In this document: positions 51,022-60,404 of the stretch, in pieces
How the letters are laid out: every line of letters begins with the position of its first letter
Position numbering within the stretch: position 1 is the first letter of the stretch
DNA from: Candidatus Bathyarchaeota archaeon
GTDB lineage: Archaea > Thermoproteota > Bathyarchaeia > TCS64
NCBI GenBank assembly: GCA_963769425.1
Contig: CAVYLP010000001.1
Coordinates: 160,001-224,000, forward strand
DNA: 64,000 nt
Direction of reading: 5' to 3'
Translations under genes and position numbers: made by a program
The notes under the pieces: generated by a model
What the model saw: only the letters and a program-made list of their open reading frames with translations
Database searches by the model: none
Told to the model about the DNA's origin: nothing

Positions 51022-52023
51022 TTAGAGTAGGAATCCGCCCTTGAGGGGGTCGTCGGGGTCGATGACCACCTGCGTGAACGCGGTGATGTAGGCGGAGGCG
51101 AGGACGTCGGGGACTATCGCCTTGTATTTCCCCACCTTGACCTCCTTCGCGATCCTGCCAGTCATCACGGTGCTGATGGTGGACTCGAACTTGACCTCCT
51201 GCCCGGGCTTCAGCTCGCCCTTGCCGTAGAGGGCAGCCATCCTCGCGTTCGTGCATGTGCCCGCGGGGCTCCTGCACGTCTGCTTGGGGCCGAAGACGTT
51301 CCAGTGCCTGCTCGTGTACTCCTTCTTGCTCGGCTTCGTGTAGAAGGTGACGAGGTCGAGGATATTCAGTTCGGGGTACACAGGGTGGTCTACTTTGATG
51401 CTGTCGGCTATGAAGTTTCTTATCTTCCACCCGAGGGGTATCCACTCGCCCTTGTTCTCGAGGGTGGGTTTTAGGCCGATGCTGTCCGCGTTGATGAAGG
51501 CATACCAGAGCCCGCCGTAGGCGATGTCCGCTTCGACTTCGCCCACCTTGGGGACGTCGAACTTCATCGTCTTCCAGTAGAAGCTGGGGACGCCCTGCAT
51601 GGCGATGCTCTTGGCGACGCCGTCCTTGACCTCGACCTTCGTCTTGACTAGGCCGCTGACGGTGTCGAATGTGATCTCCGTGTACGGCTCCTTGACGTCG
51701 ACCATGCCCGTGTTGACAAGTGCGGCGCTACAACTGTACGTGGAGTCGCCGCAGGCGCTGAAGTATCCGTCGGTCCAGAGGTAGATGACTCCGACATCTG
51801 CCTCGGGGACGGTGGACTCGGTCAGGACGCTGCCGAGCATGCCGTCGAAGCCTCTCGGCTCCTTCATCAGGGTGCCGAGGAGACTGTGGTAGTGATCCTG
51901 AAAATACTTCTGCTTCTCCGCCATCGTCTTACCGCGTAGCTTCGGCAGCCCACCGACGACGATCCTCGTGGACTCGCCGCTGCAGTGGGTGTCGATGCAC
52001 GAGAGGTACCTGCTGAACTTCAA
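51022..52023 (-). CDS. Proline racemase superfamily protein (variant active site)
   Basis: DTHCSGESTR, EPRG, ACGD, DIAYGG, RSPAGT and DDPLKGGF. Confidence 0.88.
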   Translation of the reverse strand: MKFSRYLSCIDTHCSGESTRIVVGGLPKLRGKTMAEKQKYFQDHYHSLLGTLMKEPRGFDGMLGSVLTESTVPEADVGVIYLWTDGYFSACGDSTYSCSAALVNTGMVDVKEPYTEITFDTVSGLVKTKVEVKDGVAKSIAMQGVPSFYWKTMKFDVPKVGEVEADIAYGGLWYAFINADSIGLKPTLENKGEWIPLGWKIRNFIADSIKVDHPVYPELNILDLVTFYTKPSKKEYTSRHWNVFGPKQTCRSPAGTCTNARMAALYGKGELKPGQEVKFESTISTVMTGRIAKEVKVGKYKAIVPDVLASAYITAFTQVVIDPDDPLKGGFLL

Positions 52024-52061
52024 ACCGGTTACACCGAGTAGAGGTTAGGCTCGACGCGGAT

Positions 52062-52544
52062 TTAACCTGTTACGTCGAAGCTCATCTCTAGGAGCTGCTT
52101 ATTGGCGCGGTAACGCCACTTCTCGATCTTGATCCCGCCGACCTCCCCCGTCTTAGCGCAGTGTTGCTTCCCGCAGGTGTTGACGTTCCAGTTGGGTAGG
52201 TGGAAGACCTTGACGACCTTCAGTTCAGCTGGGAGGGGAAAGAGGTCGTATACGTCGTCACCCCAGCGAGCCTCGGCGTCGCCGCGGGTCATCTCGTGGA
52301 CCTCTGTAGGGACGTCCTCCCCGATCTTCTGGTTCGCTGCCTCCTCTATCCTCTGCATCTCCTCGTCGGTGGGCTTCCTGTCGAACTGGACGGTTAGTCC
52401 TCCGTGTGTTCCTTGGCTGTAGGCGCTGGTGGACCACTTGGCGCCCCTGCCTAGGACGTGTACCACCGCCCCCTTCAGTATGTGGATGGCGGTGTGGCTC
52501 CTGACATCATCAGACGCGACCATTTCCAGAACCCATTCAGCCAC
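52062..52544 (-). CDS. alaX: Stand-alone alanyl-tRNA editing protein (AlaX-S type)
   Basis: HTAIH and CGKQH zinc motifs; TGEVG. Confidence 0.85.
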   Translation of the reverse strand: MAEWVLEMVASDDVRSHTAIHILKGAVVHVLGRGAKWSTSAYSQGTHGGLTVQFDRKPTDEEMQRIEEAANQKIGEDVPTEVHEMTRGDAEARWGDDVYDLFPLPAELKVVKVFHLPNWNVNTCGKQHCAKTGEVGGIKIEKWRYRANKQLLEMSFDVTG

Positions 52545-52632
52545 TCGGAATATAAAATTGGGGGGCAGACGACCCTGACTAGGTAGAGGTCAACTATATA
52601 TTTGGGTGTCAGTTCCTCTACAGGGATAAAAG

Positions 52633-53289
52633 ATGACCGAGACCAAGCAGTACACAGGGCGGCTCGCCCCGGTCAAGAAGTGGCTCGACGGAGTCACCGA
52701 GAAGCACCTAATTAGGGGCGCGGGCATCGTCCTGCTGACGGGTCTGTTGGCTGGTGCCACGGCTTACACAAATGCCTCGAAGATTCAGATCCCCGTCACG
52801 GGAACCGCGGGCGTCGCAGGCATGGTCCAGTCCATAGCCGCAATCGCGGCGGTCATAGTGACCCTACTCGGGTGGGTCATTTCCTCGGTCATCTACCACG
52901 TGGGCGCAAGTGTTCTCGGGGGGAAGGGGAGCCTCAACAGGATGTTCGCCCTCGCGGGGTACGCCTCGATCCCCGCCCTCGCCCAGCAGCTGCTCCGATT
53001 CGTCAACTACGCCATCCTCAACCAGACCGCAATCACGTCAACAGGTGGCATCTTAGGGACGATCCTCAACTACTTCAACTTCTTCTCGATTATCGGGTTG
53101 ATACTCGTAGGCATCGCGGTGATGGTCAACTACGGGCTTTCTGGAAGGAAGGCCGCCTTGGTCGCCCTACTGCCAACGATCATCAGCATCGCCCTCGCCC
53201 TGCTCGCCCGACAGTTATTCGGCGGGTTAACAGCCGCCTCAGCGAATCAGGGCAGCGGCCTCTTCGCCGGTATGAGGCGACTTGGGTAA
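52633..53289 (+). CDS. Yip1 domain membrane protein
   Basis: LGGKGS...GYASIP...NYGLS.RKA. Confidence 0.75.
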   Translation: MTETKQYTGRLAPVKKWLDGVTEKHLIRGAGIVLLTGLLAGATAYTNASKIQIPVTGTAGVAGMVQSIAAIAAVIVTLLGWVISSVIYHVGASVLGGKGSLNRMFALAGYASIPALAQQLLRFVNYAILNQTAITSTGGILGTILNYFNFFSIIGLILVGIAVMVNYGLSGRKAALVALLPTIISIALALLARQLFGGLTAASANQGSGLFAGMRRLG

Positions 53290-53371
53290 GCGGGTTTCAA
53301 ACGCATCACGACGAACGACATCTATCTGGACGATACCCATAGTTCAGTGATAGGAAAATTTTCCATTAAAA

Positions 53372-53524
53372 TGGAGGTGCCCAAGTGTTCTCACCTAGGG
53401 GACGAAGGATTCCCAGGAGCCTAAGCCCCCGGGGCCTTACGCAGCCCGTCCCTCTTGGTTCGGCGTCTCGGGGGGGTCTTGAACGCTGCTCCGACCCTTG
53501 AGGCGCTCCCACCTGGGCAATCCA
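53372..53524 (-). ncRNA. Candidate free-standing ~150-nt structured RNA
   Basis: Closing stem GCCCAGGUG/CACUUGGGC, nested stems with minus-strand G-U pairs, TTTAAC box about 28 nt upstream, U-run downstream. Confidence 0.55.
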
Positions 53525-53738
53525 TACATTAACCTCAGCGGTTAAACAATCTGCGTTGCATCGTGCATACAACTACGGGAGATTATACCGGAGATCAACC
53601 CCAATTATTGTCTCCTACGACTAAACAATGTCCCATAATATTGACGCGTCGATTAATTGTTGGCGAAGAGCAAACAACAAGTACGAATACATTCCGCTCT
53701 TAACAGTTTTAATGCTGATTAACCTCAGTGGATGGAGG

Positions 53739-54242
53739 TCACGGGGGCGTCCATGAGATGTACCTCGACGTGGTGTACCTCTGCTTCTGAGACACCCCGA
53801 AGCCGCTCCTGATGATCTCCGGGAGCACCTGGTTCGCGAACTTCTCCGTCGGCTGGCCCGGAACTATGCCCTCGCAGTCGGAGTCGAGGTAGATATAGTA
53901 GATCTTGTCCCCGAGCCTGTAGGCGCTGTTGTCGCCGCGGGGGTAGACTGGTTTGTGCTGTATGCGAAAAGGGAAGAGGCGGCAGGCGGTGGGCTTCATG
54001 CCCTGTATAGTGCATATCCACCTGTCCATGAGTGGGCGCTGGAGAACGCAGCGGCGATCGGGGCCGTTCCGGAGGTAGACCTTGCCCGTGCCGTACTCGA
54101 AGACGCCCTGTCCGCAGGCGCTCCCGACCTTCACGAACTCGTCCATGCGTAGGGGGACCCTGTAGCCGACGCAGCAGTTACCACATGCCCTGCACTGCCA
54201 GTTGGCGACCTCACGCCAAGGTATGAGAGTCTTGTCCCCCAT
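53739..54242 (-). CDS. YkgJ family cysteine-cluster (CxxCxxCC) protein
   Basis: CRACGNCC, RCVL, CTIQ..KPTACRLFPF and CEGI. Confidence 0.85.
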   Translation of the reverse strand: MGDKTLIPWREVANWQCRACGNCCVGYRVPLRMDEFVKVGSACGQGVFEYGTGKVYLRNGPDRRCVLQRPLMDRWICTIQGMKPTACRLFPFRIQHKPVYPRGDNSAYRLGDKIYYIYLDSDCEGIVPGQPTEKFANQVLPEIIRSGFGVSQKQRYTTSRYISWTPP

Positions 54243-54380
54243 GTCGGTCTCTAGCCCCTGTATGCTTGAAACCTAAATACTTTGCCGAGACTTACCCCGC
54301 ACGTTAGCGACAAAATCGGTGCTTAGAAGACAGGATCGGGCCATGGAAAATTTTTACATTGTCTGGATCAAATTGGCTCC

Positions 54381-54690
54381 ATGCAGCACTCCCTCAGGGT
54401 AGATTAAGGTTCATCGACTTCACACGCGGCGTGATCATGGCGTTGATGGCGTGGGACCACATCGCGGGGTTCTGATACTCACAGCACTATGGGAGTGAGG
54501 GCCTCGGGGGGCTCTTCCCCTACCTGAACGGCGACCTCCTCCCCTTCATAGCTCGTTTCATCACCCTCTACGCCCCCACCTTCTTCTTCCTCTCCGGGAC
54601 CTCCATAGCCATTTCCACGGCCCGGAAGCTGCAGAAAGGTGTGAGCCAGAGGGAGATATCGCTCCACCTCATTAAGCGGGCGGCACGCGC
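54381..54690 (+). pseudogene. N-terminal fragment of DUF1624/HGSNAT-like membrane protein
   Basis: IDFTRGVIMALMAWDH..*...RFITLYAPTFFFLSGTS...HLIKR; internal TGA, truncated at ~54680. Confidence 0.7.
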
Positions 54691-54848
54691 ATCCGACACG
54701 AGGCACAGAGGAAACAACTAGTAACAATGGCTCGAAGCCTCCGAACCAAATAAATAACACTCGCTCACCGAACCAGGGCCGATGCTCTAAAGATAAATAC
54801 GATTTTAAGAAAGCTACTTAGGAAACTCTCAACAACAAGGCTTCCTAA

Positions 54849-55274
54849 AAATCCCGTTGCATTCTCCTCCACACATTCAGCTATATATAGCGAAGTCGTC
54901 GGGGACGCGTCGCCGGAACCATCTGAAACGCGTCGAAAACCGTTGAATATCGATTGAAAACCGTTGCATTCCGTGTGCCTTCAACATCCATTGAAGGGCG
55001 TGGATCGCGGTTCATTGAACGATGTGAATAGAGGCGGGGTGGGTGGACGCCATTCAATCGAAGGCGTAACCCAGTTTGGATGTGTTCATTCATCGGTGTG
55101 AAGGGTGTCCCGTGGAAACACCTTATTAGTGGTTACCACTTACAGGGAAACATTGCAAGTCGGGTTGACGAGAGGTAAACTCGGGGAAGGCATTCAGTGA
55201 ATCCTCTGAGCCGGTGTTGGGGGTTATGACGATTTAAAACCGGTATTAATCAATAAAGTGACAATGCAGCGCGC
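54849..55274 (+). ncRNA. Multi-copy ~425-nt structured non-coding element, copy 2
   Basis: Direct-orientation homolog of 22553-22980; terminal stem CGTTGCATT/AATGCAGCG. Confidence 0.6.
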
Positions 55275-55361
55275 TATAATCCGGGCAGGCTGTTGACTGA
55301 GTTCATTCTACCTGCTGTGAAATGAGAGATCCCATTTTCAAAAAAGGATGCTCTAGTACGT

Positions 55362-55529
55362 CTAGTCCTCGCCACGCTTGTGCTTCTTCTCTGCCTCCTC
55401 AAAGTCGTAGAGGTAGGGGTAGATGTCGTTGTGCTGCTTGATGAGTTTGAGTGTGAACCCCGCGAAGACGACTATCATGGCGATGGCCGCCACGTAGATT
55501 ATGATGGTATATACGAGGACTGTGTCCAC
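55362..55529 (-). CDS. 55-aa single-TM microprotein
   Basis: Manual translation MDTVLVYTIIIYVAAIAMIVVFAGFTLKLIKQHNDIYPYLYDFEEAEKKHKRGED*; GTG start with GGTGGA upstream. Confidence 0.65.
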   Translation of the reverse strand: MDTVLVYTIIIYVAAIAMIVVFAGFTLKLIKQHNDIYPYLYDFEEAEKKHKRGED

Positions 55530-55561
55530 TTAATCCACCATCAAGGGCTGTGCGGAGCGAT

Positions 55562-56062
55562 CTATTGAAGCTTCCCCTTGCCCGCGAGGGATAGGGACAT
55601 GACCCAAGCGTCCTCCCCATCGAGGTAGTAGCCATAGTTCCGCTTCGTCTTCGCGAAGCCCAACCCCTCATAGAGCTTGACGGCGGGCTCGTTCCCGACG
55701 CGCACCTCTAGGTAGCACTCCGTCGCTTCGTAGGTCACCGGGCCCCTCTTCATCGCCTCGAGCATTAGCGCCTTCGCCATGCCTCTGCGCCTGTAGGACT
55801 CCCTGACGGCTATGGAGACCACGTGGAGCAGCCGCGCCGGGCTGAGGTTGCGAAGCTTGCTAAAGCCGCGCTCTACCCGGCACATAATGTACCCCTGTAT
55901 CTCACCGTCCGCCTCGGCTACTACGAACGTCTCCGGGAACCTGCTGAACAGCTCCCTGTAGAAGCTGCTGCTGTAGTTCTCGGGGAGGCACTCGAAGTTT
56001 ATGGCCATGACCCTGTTCAGGTCCTCACCCTTGAATGTTCTTAGTGTGAAGCCTTGGCTCAT
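55562..56062 (-). CDS. N-alpha-acetyltransferase (RimI/Ard1 family)
   Basis: CLPENY, HVVSIAV, RRRGMA, LEVRVGN and YYLDGEDA. Confidence 0.9.
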   Translation of the reverse strand: MSQGFTLRTFKGEDLNRVMAINFECLPENYSSSFYRELFSRFPETFVVAEADGEIQGYIMCRVERGFSKLRNLSPARLLHVVSIAVRESYRRRGMAKALMLEAMKRGPVTYEATECYLEVRVGNEPAVKLYEGLGFAKTKRNYGYYLDGEDAWVMSLSLAGKGKLQ

Positions 56063-56109
56063 CCCCGATTCTCCTTTCAATCAGAGAAACGCGGATTTAA
56101 ACACGTCGG

Positions 56110-57276
56110 ATGCCTCTGCAAGGCTTTTTACCGTTTCGGACGGAGGGAGAATCGAGAGGCTTGTCGGGGGACTATCTGGTAAGCGCCGAGATAGACGGCT
56201 TAGTTGAGTCCTTCTTCGTTGTCGAGGAGAGATTCAAGGACAGGGAGACCCCAAACTACATAGTCTCCCAGAAGATACCGGGCGACAAGCAACGCGTTCT
56301 GAAGAACTCCTTCAGGAACTTGGCGGATAGGCTGAGGTCAATGGGGTACCTCGCTGAGTTCAGGTGGATAGTCGGCAAGTACTACGTAACCATCACGCCG
56401 AGGCCAACGGAGGCGAAGAGGAATAGCAAGAGGAACCGCCTGCTCTTCGCGGTGACTGTGGGAACGGTCTTCCTCGATGGCTACCTGAGGAGCGGTAACC
56501 CGGTGCTAACACAAGTTTTAATGGCTGGGACGCCAGTGTTTGTCAACGCCCTCATATTCACACTCGGTATAATCGCTGTCTTCGGCATCCACGAGCTGGG
56601 CCATAAGCTCGTATCGGAAAGGAGAGGGGTACGCGCCTCGTGGCCGTTCTTCATCCCGGCTCCCCCGGGACTCGGGGGGACGTTCGGAGCAGTGATAAGC
56701 CAGGATGAGCCACCCACGAACCGGGACGACCTATTCGACCTCGGACTCTCGGGGCCCTTCTTCGGCTTCGTTGCGTCGATCATAATAGGGATTGTCGGGA
56801 TCTGGCTCTCCTACACGGTGCCCCTCAGCCAGGTCTCGAACTGGGCCGTCGCCTACCCCGAGATCAGGTTCCAGCAGATACCCATGCCCATCGCCATGCA
56901 GATGATTTCAGACTGGATAAGACCCGCCGCGAAGGATACAGTGCTCGTCCTCCACCCCCTTGCCTTCGCGTCGTGGGTCGGGTTCCTCGTGACCTTCGTC
57001 AACCTAATCCCCAGCTGGCAGCTCGACGGGGGACACGTCATCAGGTCCCTGTTCGGGAGGGAGACGCATAAGATCATCTCTATCGCGGGGGTCTTCCTCC
57101 TGATGATCTCGGGTTACGTAATCATGGCGGTGATAATCGCATTCTTCCTGATGAGGGAGGGGACGGAGTCGATGGCGCCCCTCGACGATGTCTCGCCGAC
57201 TAGCCTAACCCGTAAGATCGGCTTAATCGGCTACGCCATTCTCATGGGGCTGTCGCTCATCGTTCTGCTCCAGTAA
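56110..57276 (+). CDS. Site-2 protease (peptidase M50) family
   Basis: HELGH, GTFGA, SGP and NLIPSWQLDGGH. Confidence 0.92.
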   Translation: MPLQGFLPFRTEGESRGLSGDYLVSAEIDGLVESFFVVEERFKDRETPNYIVSQKIPGDKQRVLKNSFRNLADRLRSMGYLAEFRWIVGKYYVTITPRPTEAKRNSKRNRLLFAVTVGTVFLDGYLRSGNPVLTQVLMAGTPVFVNALIFTLGIIAVFGIHELGHKLVSERRGVRASWPFFIPAPPGLGGTFGAVISQDEPPTNRDDLFDLGLSGPFFGFVASIIIGIVGIWLSYTVPLSQVSNWAVAYPEIRFQQIPMPIAMQMISDWIRPAAKDTVLVLHPLAFASWVGFLVTFVNLIPSWQLDGGHVIRSLFGRETHKIISIAGVFLLMISGYVIMAVIIAFFLMREGTESMAPLDDVSPTSLTRKIGLIGYAILMGLSLIVLLQ

Positions 57277-57288
57277 TACTCAAGAATT

Positions 57289-58551
57289 CTACTGTGGACT
57301 GGGCGTCACCGCGGGTGTCCCGACTGGCACGGTTGAACACCCGTAGGGAATGACGAGTGTCCGGCGCCCCCTCCTCCCATCACTGGCCTTCATGTAGGCG
57401 TCGTTAGCTGTCCTCGCGACTGTTACACCTAGGGGCTCGACCATGTACTTCGGCAGGCTGGAGACGAGGAATACCTGGCTCTTGAATGTCGCCGCCTTGA
57501 GCACCTGGAGCGCCTCGGCGCCGAGGGCGTATCGCCTCTCCAACTCGGATTGCTGATCGACTTGGGCGAGGGTGCTAAATGTCTCAGCACCCAGTCCCTC
57601 GGGGCACTCGGCGAGGAGTACGATGGCTCCGCCCTTTTTAACGAGCCGCGTCGTTGACTGGAGGGCCCAGGCCGCCGAGTAAAGGTTGTAGTCGTGCTTG
57701 GCGCCCCCCGCGCTCACGATGACTATGTCCGCCCCCGCCTCGGCATTGATCTGGTAGCTGGCGCCGAGTGTGTAGATGGCCTGTCCCCATGTCTCCTCTA
57801 TGGCGCCCGCGAAGGCGGATAGGAGCTTCCCGCGGGGGTTCGTCACTAGTTGGATGGCGAGATCACACCCGGCCAGCCGCGCCGCCTCGAGGGCATCCTC
57901 CTTCACTTGGTTGAGCTCGACGATCCCAGGTCTCACATCTCCCCTGAGAACGAGTTTCTGGTGGGTCTCAGCTGTCTCGGGTGAGGCGAGGCCGGGCATA
58001 ATCGCGGTGTGGGCCCCGGTGAATCCCGTGTAGCCATCCGCTTCCACCTCCCCGACTGCCATCTTCACCTTCGCATCAACGTACGCCTTGTTCATCGAGA
58101 GGGGCGTCTTCTGCTTTGTCTCACCCAGTTTGGCGAGTGTGGTGGTATTCCTCGTGTGCTCTACGAGGTTCACCCCTTTGAGGTCATCGGATGACTTCAA
58201 AGCCTTTAAAAGCTCCTTGCCACTCCGCTCACGGACACCGTTGGCGACTATGACGGTGATCTTGTCCCTAGGGACAATGAGGTTGACGAGTTGTGTGACG
58301 ATAGGGGCGAGGGCGGCCACCGCGTTGGCGGGCATCGTCGTCCCCTCGACTGCGATGGACACCGTGCAGTCTGGTCCCACAAGTTCCTCCAGCCTCTTCG
58401 AGCCACGCGGTTCGGCGAGAGCCCTGTTGACAATCTCCCTAGCGTTGAGTTGGGGCTCCTGCCTCACAGGCTCGGCTATGCTGAGGAGGTCTCTCATGTC
58501 GACGGTTACGTAGACTTCGGTGTTCCCGTAGGGTAGCCAGCATTCCACCAA
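57289..58551 (-). CDS. LarA (lactate racemase)-like domain protein with degenerate active site
   Basis: LPYG, ALAEP, G.T...TP..MN, GF.G...IMPG, SAGG and AECPEGLG. Confidence 0.75.
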   Translation of the reverse strand: MVECWLPYGNTEVYVTVDMRDLLSIAEPVRQEPQLNAREIVNRALAEPRGSKRLEELVGPDCTVSIAVEGTTMPANAVAALAPIVTQLVNLIVPRDKITVIVANGVRERSGKELLKALKSSDDLKGVNLVEHTRNTTTLAKLGETKQKTPLSMNKAYVDAKVKMAVGEVEADGYTGFTGAHTAIMPGLASPETAETHQKLVLRGDVRPGIVELNQVKEDALEAARLAGCDLAIQLVTNPRGKLLSAFAGAIEETWGQAIYTLGASYQINAEAGADIVIVSAGGAKHDYNLYSAAWALQSTTRLVKKGGAIVLLAECPEGLGAETFSTLAQVDQQSELERRYALGAEALQVLKAATFKSQVFLVSSLPKYMVEPLGVTVARTANDAYMKASDGRRGRRTLVIPYGCSTVPVGTPAVTPSPQ

Positions 58552-58713
58552 GTGAGTTCAGAAAGGTATACTATCCTAGAGTTTCTTATTATTATGGGCT
58601 AAAAAGCAGCTCCGGTTTGACTCATGTAATTCCAATTTTCGAGAGTTAATAATCCTATTCGATCCCGAAAACGGTTTATTCCACCCCGCCCCAGCGGGTA
58701 CCGGTGCTATGTT

Positions 58714-59286
58714 TTGCCATCTGAAAAGAGGATAACCTACTATGATAAGCTGGGAGAGGAGAACACGCTGCCCACCTTTGAAGCAGCGAAGAGGAGGGCG
58801 GATGAGTTAGGCATCAAGGATATACTCGTAGCCTCGACCCGTGGCAGCGTCGGGCTCCGCGCAGCGGAGTTCTTCAAGGGGTACAACCTAGTCGTCGTCG
58901 CACATAGCCAGGGCTTCAAGGAGATGGGACGCAACGAGATGTCAGACGACGTCCAAGATAAGATCAGGGGAGCAGGTGGAAGGGTACTCGTGACGGGCCA
59001 CGCCTTCGCGGGTGTGAGCCGCGCCATTAACAGGAAGTTTAACACCATTGGCCCAGCGGAGCTAGCAGCAAGCGTCCTCCGCCTATTCGGACAGGGAATG
59101 AAGGTCTGCGTCGAGATCACTTTCATGGCTGCAGACTCGGGTATGATTCCGATGACGGGGGACGTCGTGGCCATCGCTGGCTCAGGGAAGGGCGCGGACA
59201 CTTCCGTCGTAATAAAACCCGCATACCTCAACGACATGTTCGACCTTTACGTGAAGGAGATCATAGCAAAGCCCAACACCCGCTGA
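58714..59286 (+). CDS. Pyruvate kinase alpha/beta (C-terminal-like) domain protein
   Basis: GEENT, VASTRG, GQGMKVCVEI..MAADSG and GADT. Confidence 0.8.
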   Translation: MPSEKRITYYDKLGEENTLPTFEAAKRRADELGIKDILVASTRGSVGLRAAEFFKGYNLVVVAHSQGFKEMGRNEMSDDVQDKIRGAGGRVLVTGHAFAGVSRAINRKFNTIGPAELAASVLRLFGQGMKVCVEITFMAADSGMIPMTGDVVAIAGSGKGADTSVVIKPAYLNDMFDLYVKEIIAKPNTR

Positions 59287-59332
59287 GCACGCGGGGAATC
59301 AATTTTTTATCTCGTGTCCAGCATGAGAAACC

Positions 59333-59803
59333 ATGGCGAACCTAGTCGAGCAACTCAAGGAACAGAAGAAGATGGAGCTAAGCCACGTCAAGGAGTTAAA
59401 ACCTAGCGTGGCGAAGGCTCAGAACAAACTCGTCGCCGCACTTCTGGAGAGTATAGTACTGGACAGCCAAAAACACGCGGCCATATGCCAGGCCCTCGTC
59501 GATGTTAGGGCAGGCGAGATGCCCGCCTCCACGGATTTAGACAAAGGCGCAGTACCCGATCTCCAACAGGAAATAAAGCAGCTCATCAGAGTCGAGGCGG
59601 ACATGCTGACGCGTGTCGGGGTAATGGCCCGCGAGGCGAAGGATAGGAGGGTGAAGGTGATGATTCAATACATCCTTGAGGACGAAAAGAGACACCACTC
59701 CACTCTTCAGGCTCTCTCCAACATGATGGATCGGGGTAACGTAACTTTAGAGGATTACTTGGAGCTGTTCCAGAAGTATATGGTTGTCCCTAGTAGAGGA
59801 TAG
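59333..59803 (+). CDS. Ferritin-like four-helix protein
   Basis: DSQKH and DEKRHH diiron-type motifs. Confidence 0.75.
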   Translation: MANLVEQLKEQKKMELSHVKELKPSVAKAQNKLVAALLESIVLDSQKHAAICQALVDVRAGEMPASTDLDKGAVPDLQQEIKQLIRVEADMLTRVGVMAREAKDRRVKVMIQYILEDEKRHHSTLQALSNMMDRGNVTLEDYLELFQKYMVVPSRG

Positions 59804-59804
59804 C

Positions 59805-60341
59805 TTAGGCGAAGACCGCGAACTTCTCCTTCTTCGCTTTGCAGACTGGGCACTGGTCAGGGATCTCCCCCTCGGTGGTCCAGCCGCAGACCTCGCAGAC
59901 ACCTATCTGTTTGAGATCGGCGTCCCTGTTCTGGTCTGCCGCCTCCTTGGCTTTCGCGTATAGGCCTGCGTGGGTCTTCTCGGCTTCCCATGCATAGCGA
60001 AACGTGATCTCGGCGCCATACTCCTTCTGGTCCTTCGCCACTGCCATGTAGGAGGGGTACATCTCGTTAACCTCGTGGGTCTCCCCGTCTATGCCGTGCT
60101 GGAGGTCCTCGGCGGTTGACCTGCTCCCGAAGAGGGCGCCGCCGAAGGTGTTCTGGGGCCCCTTAGTCATTATGTTTCGGTAGTGGTTGCCCGCGTGTAT
60201 TCTCTCTGCATGGGAGACGGCTGTGAAGAGGCGGCTTATGTTTGGAAAACCGGACTCTGCGGCCCTCTTCGCGAAGATGAGGTACCTCATGTGTGCCTGG
60301 CTCTCCCCGCTGAAGGCGCTGATCAGGTTCAGCTCGGTCAT
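59805..60341 (-). CDS. rbr: Rubrerythrin
   Basis: AFSGESQA, AERIHA, GETHE..MYP, AEKTH and CEVCG...CPVC. Confidence 0.92.
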   Translation of the reverse strand: MTELNLISAFSGESQAHMRYLIFAKRAAESGFPNISRLFTAVSHAERIHAGNHYRNIMTKGPQNTFGGALFGSRSTAEDLQHGIDGETHEVNEMYPSYMAVAKDQKEYGAEITFRYAWEAEKTHAGLYAKAKEAADQNRDADLKQIGVCEVCGWTTEGEIPDQCPVCKAKKEKFAVFA

Positions 60342-60404
60342 AGTTCTAACCATTTTTATCACTATGGGGATCATTGGGACGGCGGTTTTTATCGGTTGCT
60401 AGAA

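Noticed and set aside
53366-53572. 68-aa minus-strand ORF
   Set aside because: Arg/Pro/Gly-rich composition typical of a GC-rich structured non-coding region
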